In this document: positions 8,817 to 16,768 of the stretch, one piece after another
Layout of the letters: the number at the start of each line of letters is the position of its first letter
Position numbering within the stretch: position 1 is the first letter of the stretch
NCBI GenBank assembly: GCA_964426185.1
Contig: CAYRPF010000020.1
Coordinates: 1 to 16,819, forward strand
Direction of reading: 5' to 3'
DNA length: 16,819 nucleotides
Source of the DNA: an uncultured archaeon
Lineage (GTDB): Archaea > Asgardarchaeota > Lokiarchaeia > Sigyniarchaeales > Promethearchaeaceae
Position numbers and translations under genes: made by a program
The notes under the pieces: generated by a model
The model's database searches: none
What the model was told of the DNA's origin: nothing
What the model saw: the letters and a program-made list of their open reading frames with translations, nothing else

Positions 8817-9248
8817 GTGTTCTTACAAATACCAGAAATTCTAATTACTATTGGATGGATAGTACTACTAATTTTTATTTCAATTGCAATTGCTGTGATT
8901 TCATTCAGTATTGGAATTCGAGCAGTAAAGGGAGGAAAAACTTCATTTGGTTCAGTTTTCATTACTGGTTTAATTGCGGTTTTCTTAGGAGGATTAATTT
9001 CATACATCTTTCAACTCTTTCTACCAGGATGGGCATTTATCGGATTGCTTATCTCCCTTATCGTTACTTTATTTATCATTGAAAGACGACACAACACCAC
9101 TTTTCTGGGTGCTTTAGGGGCAATTATAATTTATATCATTGTACTAGCAATTATTTTAGTGATTCTATTCCTCTTTGCCCCAGCTTTTGTCTCTTGGATT
9201 TCTACTGTTCTTAATTACGACATTACTCAATTAATTCCTGCAATATAG
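8817..9248 (+). CDS. Small integral membrane protein (about 4 TM helices), function unknown
   Basis: GTG start and four hydrophobic stretches. Weak internal two-fold repeat ('KTSFGSVFITGLI' vs 'NTTFLGALGAIII'). Confidence 0.8.
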   Translation: MFLQIPEILITIGWIVLLIFISIAIAVISFSIGIRAVKGGKTSFGSVFITGLIAVFLGGLISYIFQLFLPGWAFIGLLISLIVTLFIIERRHNTTFLGALGAIIIYIIVLAIILVILFLFAPAFVSWISTVLNYDITQLIPAI

Positions 9249-9441
9249 GAAAGTAAAATTCAAGATACTAAAATCTTATAGAATAAAGAAATAAAACAAA
9301 AAAAAACTTCGCAACACTGGGAGGTTCAAAGAAATTTCAAGTTTATCGGCTGAATTAGAAAAGAAATATCAACATCTTAAACTCCTAAGCAATAGAAATC
9401 CACAAGATGCTGAATTACAACTCAAAGAAACACTAAAAAAT

Positions 9442-11418
9442 ATGAATTCACCAGAATTTACCTTAAAATTTCGGCTTTTACTCGGATATACTCAATGGTG
9501 TTTGGGAAAAATTCAAGAATCTTTCAATAACTACAGTTTTGTATTGGAACGGGCAACTCAAGAGTTTAACGAAGAATACCAAGCAGATGCATTGGTAGGA
9601 TTGGGTATGGTCGAAAATTCTAAAGGATCTCTTGACGCGGCTGCTAAACACCTTATGAAGGCCATCTCAATTTATCAAAAACTGAAGAATTACTCAAAAG
9701 AAGCCCAAGCTAGAAATCGTTATGGTATAAATCTTTCGTTCTTGGGTAGAATACAAGAAGGAACAGAATCGCTGGAAAAAGCAATCAATTTGGCCCAAAA
9801 AGCGGTTGATTTACAAAAAGAAGCCTCAGCTCGCAATAATTTGGCATTGTTTGAAATGAATCAAGGTGATATCCAAAAAGCCGCAAATCAATTCCTTCAA
9901 TGTGTTGAAATCAGTCGAAAGATGGAAAATCAACGAGATTTAGCTATAATGTTAAGTAATTATGCAGAGACCCAGCAGCATTTGGGAAATTACAAGCTGG
10001 CAGAACAAAATTATTTAGAAGCATTGCAAATCGCAGAGAAAGCTCGGAATATATTGAATATCGCAACTATTAAAGCAGATATAGGCGGATTTTACACAGA
10101 AATCAGAAGTTTAAAAAAAGCTAAAAAGTTTTTAGAAGAAGCAATGGCTCTTTTTACCAAAGTCGAGATGAAATTCAATTTTCTTCAGTGTTTGAATTAT
10201 TACGCAAGATATTGGTTAGCGTCGGGTAATTACTTGAAATCCATCGAATATCTACAACAAGCTCTTAATATCGTTGAAAATACCCAACTTAATTTTCCGA
10301 AAATACAAGTGCTAATTACCATGGTTCAAACCCATTTTGCACTGCATAATGTAGATACTGCTTATACTTTACTCAAAGAAATTATGGAATTAGCTTGGAA
10401 ACAGCAGAATAAAGTAGCATTAGGATTGGCTTTGGTAGAACGCACCCGTTTAAGTTTATCATTCTCCAACTTTCATGAAGCCGAACTACTCTTGATGGAA
10501 GCAAAAGAGATAGGTAAAATTACTAACCATTTTGAGATTATTGTCAATTCTCGACTGCTTCTCGCTTTAACATTTTTAGTAAAAAACGAACAACATCGAT
10601 ATTCGCAAGAAATCAAGCTGATTGCAAATCTCGTGAATGAAATACTAAAACTCACAAAAGAAAGAGCATTATGGCCTCGATATGTGGATACTCTACTGGT
10701 AAGAGCCTCTTTATATGTATTTGAGGGATATGATATTGAAGCTCAAAAAATCCTAAATAATGCTGAAGAATTGGTGAAAACAAACAAACTACTCAATAAA
10801 ACACACCAAATTAATCGAATCCGTCAACTAATAAAACGATTAGAAGCTTATCCCTTAGATAGAGATTTCATCTTGTCCCAAATCAATAATTTATTATCTC
10901 AAGAAATTCAAAGAATTACCACTCAAGGAATGTATTTACAAATATCTCAAGAAGATGTGGATAAAATCTTTGTATTGTCCTATAAAATTGATGAAAAACG
11001 AGGAACAATATTATATCTTTCTGAAAATATTGATCCAGAAATTCCAGAATTAAGAAATCATATCCAAATGGCAGGAAATATATACATGGTGAGTTTAGGA
11101 CAAGGACATGGATACCATGAAGGTCTTTTTGGTCCTTTCCCGTTTGCTGATGGAAAATACCGAGCATTAGTTCACTCTTTATTTATTAAAGATTCCCAGA
11201 TGCAAAACAAGCGCCTTAATGGGGCAACCTTCTTTATCACCTGTTTAATTTATCCACAAAAACTTAGCCCACTATTAAACAATCGTGAAAAACTCGAAAA
11301 AATATTTTCGGAGCATTTTCGACAGATTTTAGACATCCGGCATATTTCTGTTCAAGTTCTAAAAAAATTGCGCACCAGTATTTCAGAATTTTTCCTAAAA
11401 CCCTTTATTGTTGACTAA
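9442..11418 (+). CDS. TPR-repeat protein with C-terminal folliculin/SMCR8-like longin (uDENN) domain; true start may be ATT at 9334
   Basis: About 40-aa TPR units (e.g. 'ADALVGLGMVENSKGSLDAAAKHLMKAISI', 'ASARNNLALFEMNQGDIQKAANQFLQCVEI') over ~470 aa. The domain from residue ~509 reads 'IFVLSYKIDEKRGTILYLSE...EGLFGPFPFADGKYRALVHSLFIKDS...KRLNGATFFITCLIYP'. Confidence 0.85.
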   Translation: MNSPEFTLKFRLLLGYTQWCLGKIQESFNNYSFVLERATQEFNEEYQADALVGLGMVENSKGSLDAAAKHLMKAISIYQKLKNYSKEAQARNRYGINLSFLGRIQEGTESLEKAINLAQKAVDLQKEASARNNLALFEMNQGDIQKAANQFLQCVEISRKMENQRDLAIMLSNYAETQQHLGNYKLAEQNYLEALQIAEKARNILNIATIKADIGGFYTEIRSLKKAKKFLEEAMALFTKVEMKFNFLQCLNYYARYWLASGNYLKSIEYLQQALNIVENTQLNFPKIQVLITMVQTHFALHNVDTAYTLLKEIMELAWKQQNKVALGLALVERTRLSLSFSNFHEAELLLMEAKEIGKITNHFEIIVNSRLLLALTFLVKNEQHRYSQEIKLIANLVNEILKLTKERALWPRYVDTLLVRASLYVFEGYDIEAQKILNNAEELVKTNKLLNKTHQINRIRQLIKRLEAYPLDRDFILSQINNLLSQEIQRITTQGMYLQISQEDVDKIFVLSYKIDEKRGTILYLSENIDPEIPELRNHIQMAGNIYMVSLGQGHGYHEGLFGPFPFADGKYRALVHSLFIKDSQMQNKRLNGATFFITCLIYPQKLSPLLNNREKLEKIFSEHFRQILDIRHISVQVLKKLRTSISEFFLKPFIVD

Positions 11419-11699
11419 TGGTGAAGAATTATTTACGCCTAATTCATTTTTCTGATGGTATTTCACCCTAAACGATAGAAATAGCAATACAGAGTACTAT
11501 CGGGTTAATGTTGGAATTGTTATACATAATTACGATGAAAATTTACATGATAACAATAATGAAGAGTTGATTTTTTCCAACAATTATTGCCTAAAAGATC
11601 TAGAATTGCCAAATTCGTGTAAAACCACATTCTGGAATAAATTCAAAAACTAGATTGAAGATCTGGTTAAATTGGAAAAATAAATTGAAGATTTGGAAA

Positions 11700-11771
11700 T
11701 GGACTCAGAGGGAATCGAACCCTCGGCCTCTTGCATGCCAAGCAAGCGATATACCGCTAATCCATGAGCCC
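11700..11771 (-). tRNA. tRNA-Ala (anticodon GGC), intron-less, CCA not encoded
   Basis: Reverse complement GGGCTCA TG GATT AGCGGTA TATC G CTTGC TTGGCAT GCAAG AGGCC GAGGG TTCGATT CCCTC TGAGTCC A folds as a cloverleaf, with the G3:U70 alanine identity pair and discriminator A. Confidence 0.97.
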
Positions 11772-11811
11772 TTAAAAAATATGAAAATCTATTGAAATAA
11801 ATTAGAGATTT

Positions 11812-11826
11812 ATTTTAAATTTTTTG
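11812..11826 (-). promoter_or_regulatory. Putative BRE/TATA for tRNA-Ala
   Basis: Minus strand reads CAAAAAA-TTTAAAAT about 40 nt upstream of the mature tRNA 5' end. The AT-rich background lowers specificity. Confidence 0.4.
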
Positions 11827-11991
11827 AATCAAACATGTAATTTTTTGAGGTCAACCATCAATCTGTTTCACGCGGTTAATATAGTATGAAATTTCGTTGT
11901 AAAAATAGCCAAAAATGCCATTTAGGTTGCGAATAAAATCAAAAGAAGAATTCTTTTAAGTCGAGAAATAAATGTTAAATCGTGCATAAAT

Positions 11992-14199
11992 ATGGTTCAC
12001 TATGATTTACAAAATTTTGGAACAGTCGAAATAAATAGAAAGAAAATCCGTTGTGATTTAAATATTTCAGCAGCAAAATTCTTCCAAGAGTTTAGCGAAT
12101 TCGAAGGTATGCTCTCTAAGCGAGGTAAACAAACCATCGAAACAGCGATAAAATCAAAAAGAGAAGAAAAAACTAAAGAACAAGATGAATTGGAAGCTTT
12201 CTTTGCAAGATGTGAGAAATATATACGGCAAAGATTATCGTCCATGGAAATAAATCAACAAACTGGCTCTGGAAAAAGCGATACTCAAGGAAAAGAAGGG
12301 GGATCTAATCCTGATGAAGTAGAAGGCGAGAGAATTCTCGTTAAGGTCGAAGAAAAATTGGTTGCAAAGTATAGATATAATTTTCTGGCAGACCAAAAAG
12401 ATTCTATAGCTGAATCTGAAGAAGAAAACTCGGTGGAGGATTCTGACGACGAAAATGGAGAAGAAAGTGAAGAAGATCTAGAAGAATTTCCTGAAGGTTA
12501 TGGCATACTCACCCGCGAAGGTCAAGTCGTCATTCAAAATATTGCAGAGGATCAGAGAATTTGGGACATTTCAGGAAGATTCAAGCATAATGGAACTATT
12601 GAAAAAGTCGAAGAAGAATTTTTCATTAAAGAATTAAATAGAAGTGGAGAAGAAAACAGCGAATATACCGAAAAATACACCATTAAAGCGGATAAAGAAC
12701 CTTCGCTGAAGTTAAAAGAAGATATTTCCACCATAAACGATCCTAATACCATTACCTATTCGTTAAACATGGATCAAGATAATGTGGTATTCTTCAAATT
12801 GGACTTAATTAATACAGAAGAATATCCTATTCAAAATATTGAATTGAAAAAGAAACTGTTCGAAAGTTCTAGTGATGTCAATGTAAAATCGGTTTCTGTA
12901 GGTGAACATTCCTTAGAAGACAACTATTTAATCTGGAAAATAGAGGAATTGGAACCGAATGGTCAAGCTTCTTTAGAATTTACTCTAACAGTACATATTG
13001 CAGATAAAGATGAAAAAGTGCGCTCAGGAACCGTAGAAATCAAATATTCTGCAGTGAATTCATTAACTGCTTTGGAAATCGAAAATTTCGAAGCTACGGG
13101 AGAGAACATGGTTTCAACCTCAGAAGAACAAGAAGAAGAGAAACCAGATATTTTTAAGGGGTTCTTAGAATATGAAAATCTGAGTCCTTACATCGCTAAG
13201 TTGAAAAAAGTGAGTGTGAAAGAGTCAGAAAAAGAAGATGCTCCTGAATTGGTAAATCTCGATGAAGGAACCGAAGTTTTCTTGGGTGCAAGAGGTGTGT
13301 GGCGATCTAATGAGTGGGAAATTGACACACAAGGGAAAATTCCCAATTATGAAAAAACCGTTCAGTTCATTTTATTACATAATTTGGAGGCAATCACATC
13401 CACCACAGTTCAAGTTGATGATGTTGAACTGGCTGTTGCAATTTTCGATGCAAATGTTGTCTACGATTTAGAAACTATCGAATCCTTCCGAGAAATTTCG
13501 TTCAACGCAACTCATACTTTAACTAATGGAGGTGCTACTCCATTTGACTATCTTTCAATCGAACAAACTGTTCCTGAGCACTTTAAACTTCCCGAAAAGG
13601 AAGAATTGAAGTTAACCAAGGATGGAAAGGAGTATGAAATTCCGGCTGATTGGATTCATGTTGAAGACCGCAAACTAAATATCAAAATGGATGGATTAAA
13701 AGATTCAGAGATGGGGATGTTCGAACCCAATCAAGAAATTCAGATAATCTTCCCAATAGTTGCGCAAAGTTTGAGTCCGGAAGATGAATTTATCTCCCCT
13801 ATCACGTGGAAAGCGAATACCTTGCCGCGAGGAGAACCAATTATAATTAAAGAAGAAGGCGAGGCAACCAAAATCGAAGTGGTGCATCGACGACTTAAAG
13901 TCTTCCGAGGCAAGTCAATACAGGCTACAGATTCAGAAGGAGTATATAAAATTCATCTTAAAGTTCGAAATCGTAGTGAATTTCCCGTGGAAAATTATGA
14001 ATTACGCGATCGAGTCCCAGCCAAGTTTGAAATGCAAGATCCAAATATAGAACCAACTGAAACTGAAAAGATGGATGGTCGCAAAGTTCTAATTTGGAAT
14101 ATTGATGAAATTCCAGCTGGTGGAGAAGTAGAAATTACATATACCATCCATGCAAAAAAAGATTCTGCAGAAGCAGCCGAAGCTCAATTTTCAATGTAA
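11992..14199 (+). CDS. Acidic, soluble multi-beta-sandwich protein with a mu-homology-domain (MHD)-like region and DUF11/Ig-like repeats
   Basis: No signal peptide or TM segment. Repeated beta-sandwich motif 'xxxxNxxxxPIxNxxxxxxxP...LIWxIxExxPxGxxxxxxT' at ~265-335 and ~650-722, with a related unit at ~500-590. Candidate TATA (TTTTAAG, 11954-11960) about 32 nt upstream of the ATG. Confidence 0.7.
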   Translation: MVHYDLQNFGTVEINRKKIRCDLNISAAKFFQEFSEFEGMLSKRGKQTIETAIKSKREEKTKEQDELEAFFARCEKYIRQRLSSMEINQQTGSGKSDTQGKEGGSNPDEVEGERILVKVEEKLVAKYRYNFLADQKDSIAESEEENSVEDSDDENGEESEEDLEEFPEGYGILTREGQVVIQNIAEDQRIWDISGRFKHNGTIEKVEEEFFIKELNRSGEENSEYTEKYTIKADKEPSLKLKEDISTINDPNTITYSLNMDQDNVVFFKLDLINTEEYPIQNIELKKKLFESSSDVNVKSVSVGEHSLEDNYLIWKIEELEPNGQASLEFTLTVHIADKDEKVRSGTVEIKYSAVNSLTALEIENFEATGENMVSTSEEQEEEKPDIFKGFLEYENLSPYIAKLKKVSVKESEKEDAPELVNLDEGTEVFLGARGVWRSNEWEIDTQGKIPNYEKTVQFILLHNLEAITSTTVQVDDVELAVAIFDANVVYDLETIESFREISFNATHTLTNGGATPFDYLSIEQTVPEHFKLPEKEELKLTKDGKEYEIPADWIHVEDRKLNIKMDGLKDSEMGMFEPNQEIQIIFPIVAQSLSPEDEFISPITWKANTLPRGEPIIIKEEGEATKIEVVHRRLKVFRGKSIQATDSEGVYKIHLKVRNRSEFPVENYELRDRVPAKFEMQDPNIEPTETEKMDGRKVLIWNIDEIPAGGEVEITYTIHAKKDSAEAAEAQFSM

Positions 14200-14218
14200 T
14201 AATCATTTGGATAACACC

Positions 14219-14226
14219 TTTTTTTT
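14219..14226 (+). terminator. Putative archaeal oligo-T terminator
   Basis: T-run about 20 nt after the stop of the 735-aa gene, followed by pyrimidine-rich sequence. Confidence 0.35.
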
Positions 14227-14317
14227 CATTTCATTTATCTCTTATTTACTTAAATTCTCTTTCATAAACATTGCAAATAATTTTTTGTACAATGCAACAT
14301 TATCACCTTTGAAAAGA

Positions 14318-15391
14318 ATGCATCTTGGACCGATAGAAATACCTACCGATTTAGTTTTAGCTCCACTAATGGACGTAACCACTCCTTCTTTACGTCAATT
14401 GATATATGATTTAGGTGGAGTTGGGTTGATGGTTACTCCCATGTTATTTGTGCAGCAGTTTGTAGCGGCGCCTAAAACAATTGTACCTCATTTAGAACAT
14501 CTGGAAACACAGCGACCAGCAGCGATTCAGCTGGTAACAAACGGCAAAAATCCAGAAGCAATTCGGGAAACATTAGATTACCTTTCAACATATAAATTTG
14601 ATGTTATAGATATTAATGCGGGTTGTCCCGCGCCCCATACTATGCGGTCAGGTGGTGGGGGATCGTTCTTGAAAGATCTGCATTTAACACAAAAGACAGA
14701 AAGATTAGAACGAGTGGTAAAAACCACCCTTAAATATAGTCCAGTGCCAGTTTCTTTAAAAACTCGGCTTGGGTTTGAACGAAAAACCGATGTTTTAAAA
14801 ATTCTTCCATTTATCAACCAAGCCGGTCTTGCTTTTTTAACACTTCATGGTAGAACAGTTAAACAGAAATACAGCGGAACTGCCAATTATGAAGTTTTAA
14901 GAACTGTAAAAGAAAAGTTGAAAATACCGTTAATTGCAAATGGAGATGTCTCAAATTATTCAACCTATAAAAAAATTAAAGAAGAAACCAATTGCGAAGT
15001 GATCATGATAGGCAGGGCCGCTATGTTTAATCCAAGTGTTTTTACACAAATTCAGTCAATGAAGAAAAAAGCAAATTCAAAATATCTTGAAAGTGAAAAC
15101 TCAGAAGCATATCAAGAAGAAGAAAAGCCAAAAGCAATGTCTCTTGCTCAAATTCGCCAATATTTATTCAAAATAGAAAAATATATTCAGAATTCTTCGA
15201 AATTTTGGAATAATGATCGTTTTAAATTAGCTGAATTTCGCCGATTGGCAATTTGGTGGATAAAGGGAATCCCTGGATATAAGCATGTTCGAATGGTTCT
15301 CTCAAAAATTCATGATTTTCAACGATTACGGAGCTATATTTTTGGGGAAGAAATAGAAAAAGATTTCTCCAAATTTTTAACATTTACTTAA
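14318..15391 (+). CDS. dus: tRNA-dihydrouridine synthase (Dus family, DusB-like)
   Basis: Motifs 'LVLAPLMDVT', 'IQL', 'IDINAGCP' (catalytic Cys), 'GGGG', 'PVSLKTRLG', 'LHGRT', 'IANGDV', 'MIGRAA'. ATG 14318 (MHLGPIEI) fits the family N-terminus. The 14150 start overlaps the upstream gene and spans terminator-like sequence. Confidence 0.92.
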   Translation: MHLGPIEIPTDLVLAPLMDVTTPSLRQLIYDLGGVGLMVTPMLFVQQFVAAPKTIVPHLEHLETQRPAAIQLVTNGKNPEAIRETLDYLSTYKFDVIDINAGCPAPHTMRSGGGGSFLKDLHLTQKTERLERVVKTTLKYSPVPVSLKTRLGFERKTDVLKILPFINQAGLAFLTLHGRTVKQKYSGTANYEVLRTVKEKLKIPLIANGDVSNYSTYKKIKEETNCEVIMIGRAAMFNPSVFTQIQSMKKKANSKYLESENSEAYQEEEKPKAMSLAQIRQYLFKIEKYIQNSSKFWNNDRFKLAEFRRLAIWWIKGIPGYKHVRMVLSKIHDFQRLRSYIFGEEIEKDFSKFLTFT

Positions 15392-15415
15392 TTCAATTAA
15401 AAAGAAATAGAATTT

Positions 15416-16768
15416 TTAAGAATTTTGCTCTCGTTGCTCTTCAAATTTTAACCTTTTTTCCAATTTAGTTAGAATTTTGATCAGATGTTCTCGTGAGGTA
15501 TTTTGACAAAGGAATGCAACTGTTGAAATCCCATATCTTATTAAATATACATTTTTGATAATAATCGCAAATCCAGATGTTGTATAAGTAACCGAATAAT
15601 CCAAATTACCCAATTCAGGTGATCTTGCCAAAATAGTACTATGATTTTTTACCAATTTAACAATTTGAGAAAATTCGCTTAAATTAAAATCTGGCGTGCT
15701 TGATTGGTTAATTACGGTGTTAGAATCGCTAAAAAGAAGAATAGCACTTTTCTTTTGATCACGTAATATTTCCTGAGATAGGGTTTCTATAGAATCACCT
15801 AACACCGACATTTCATTTAATATTATTTGCATGGAACGATATAAGGTATGGATGAGAGTGGGTTCTATTGAAGTAAAAATTACCTTAATTTTATACTTTT
15901 CTTCAATTTCTCGGCGAATTTGTATAAAGAGAGGAATTTCTTTACTGCTATTTGAATAAGCTGAAGAAACTAAGTCAATTTTATGACAAAAAGCATAGAT
16001 CTTACACTGAGTGTTATATCTATCTTTTGCTTTAAGAATCTTCTCTAAATTTTCAAGAACCAGCAAGTATTGCTCTTGCCAATTAGAAACATCAAAAACG
16101 TAAATTACTACATCTGCTTCTTCAAACGCAATTTTTCTTTCAAAAGTACTTAATTGAGACACATACTGATCGAATTCTTGTCCAGCCGAGTCAATTATGC
16201 CAACTTCTGCATCCAACCATGAATAGACATAATGAGCAAGACCAATCGTAGGAGCGGGAGCACTTCTTCCCAATAAGCTTTCAGGATCTTCTCCATCAAA
16301 AAAAGCCTTTTTTATACAAGTTTTTCCAGCAGCTGGAAATCCGATAAAAAGAAGTTTCCGACGTTCTGATTTAGGGTAGAAACGAGTTGCAAATTGCCTG
16401 AATTGAGCTTTTCGCTCATCGTCAGACAATTGATAAAATTGAGGAAGAATGGAAGCTAATAGATGATAGATTTTGGTGGTTTTAAGAGTATCTTCTGGTG
16501 CTAAGATAATTATGATCAGTTCTTCCCTTTTATTCCGTTCTAAAACTTTCAAATGGAGCATAATCAATTTATTTAAATATTTCACTTCAATTGTTTCTCC
16601 CGATTGTACGTTGAGATTTGAAGTGGAACTATGAAGAATGGAAATCATTCTACGAATTAATGATCTTGAGGGAGAAAAATTTTCTGGATAGGATGAAATC
16701 GCTTCACCTTTCCATTCTGAAGATTGGTTTTTGTATTCAAGAGAAACGAGAACAACACCCAGAGGCAT
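15416..16768 (-). CDS. Rag/Gtr1-like small GTPase with N-terminal longin-like and C-terminal roadblock-like domains
   Basis: G1 'GFPAAGKT', G2 'PTIG', G3 'DSAGQE', 'VIYVFDV', G4 'HKIDL' (His in place of Asn, Rag-type), G5 'TSI' (Rag-type). The C-terminal ~125 aa shows a helix/beta-hairpin/helix/3-strand/helix pattern. The N-terminal ~130 aa begins 'MPLGVVLV...ISSYPE'. Confidence 0.85.
   Translation of the reverse strand: MPLGVVLVSLEYKNQSSEWKGEAISSYPENFSPSRSLIRRMISILHSSTSNLNVQSGETIEVKYLNKLIMLHLKVLERNKREELIIIILAPEDTLKTTKIYHLLASILPQFYQLSDDERKAQFRQFATRFYPKSERRKLLFIGFPAAGKTCIKKAFFDGEDPESLLGRSAPAPTIGLAHYVYSWLDAEVGIIDSAGQEFDQYVSQLSTFERKIAFEEADVVIYVFDVSNWQEQYLLVLENLEKILKAKDRYNTQCKIYAFCHKIDLVSSAYSNSSKEIPLFIQIRREIEEKYKIKVIFTSIEPTLIHTLYRSMQIILNEMSVLGDSIETLSQEILRDQKKSAILLFSDSNTVINQSSTPDFNLSEFSQIVKLVKNHSTILARSPELGNLDYSVTYTTSGFAIIIKNVYLIRYGISTVAFLCQNTSREHLIKILTKLEKRLKFEEQREQNS

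Noticed and set aside
8810-9082. ORFs 8810-9007 (-) and 8855-9082 (+)
   Set aside because: Both overlap the more plausible 143-aa membrane protein gene and have no recognisable features.
10473-11167. Short minus-strand ORFs 10473-10655 and 10916-11167
   Set aside because: Antisense shadows of the TPR-longin gene.
11654-11771. tRNA-Ala as an integration site; short imperfect repeat ATTGAAGAT(C/T)TGG occurring twice just downstream of it
   Set aside because: No integrase, and I saw no duplicated tRNA 3' end in the window. The repeat has only two 13-nt copies and is not CRISPR-like.
12262-12279. 'TGSGKS' in the 735-aa protein as a Walker A motif
   Set aside because: It lies in a Gly/Ser-rich linker, lacks the first Gly of GxxxxGK[ST] and a preceding hydrophobic strand, and has no Walker B context.
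12000-13887. Short ORFs 12000-12245, 12552-12752, 13262-13471 and 13705-13887
   Set aside because: All are nested in or antisense to the 735-aa CDS.
14150-14317. 56-aa N-terminal extension of Dus
   Set aside because: Overlaps the upstream gene's end and T-rich terminator/promoter region; the family N-terminus matches ATG 14318.
14578-14817. 79-aa minus-strand ORF
   Set aside because: Antisense shadow of dus.
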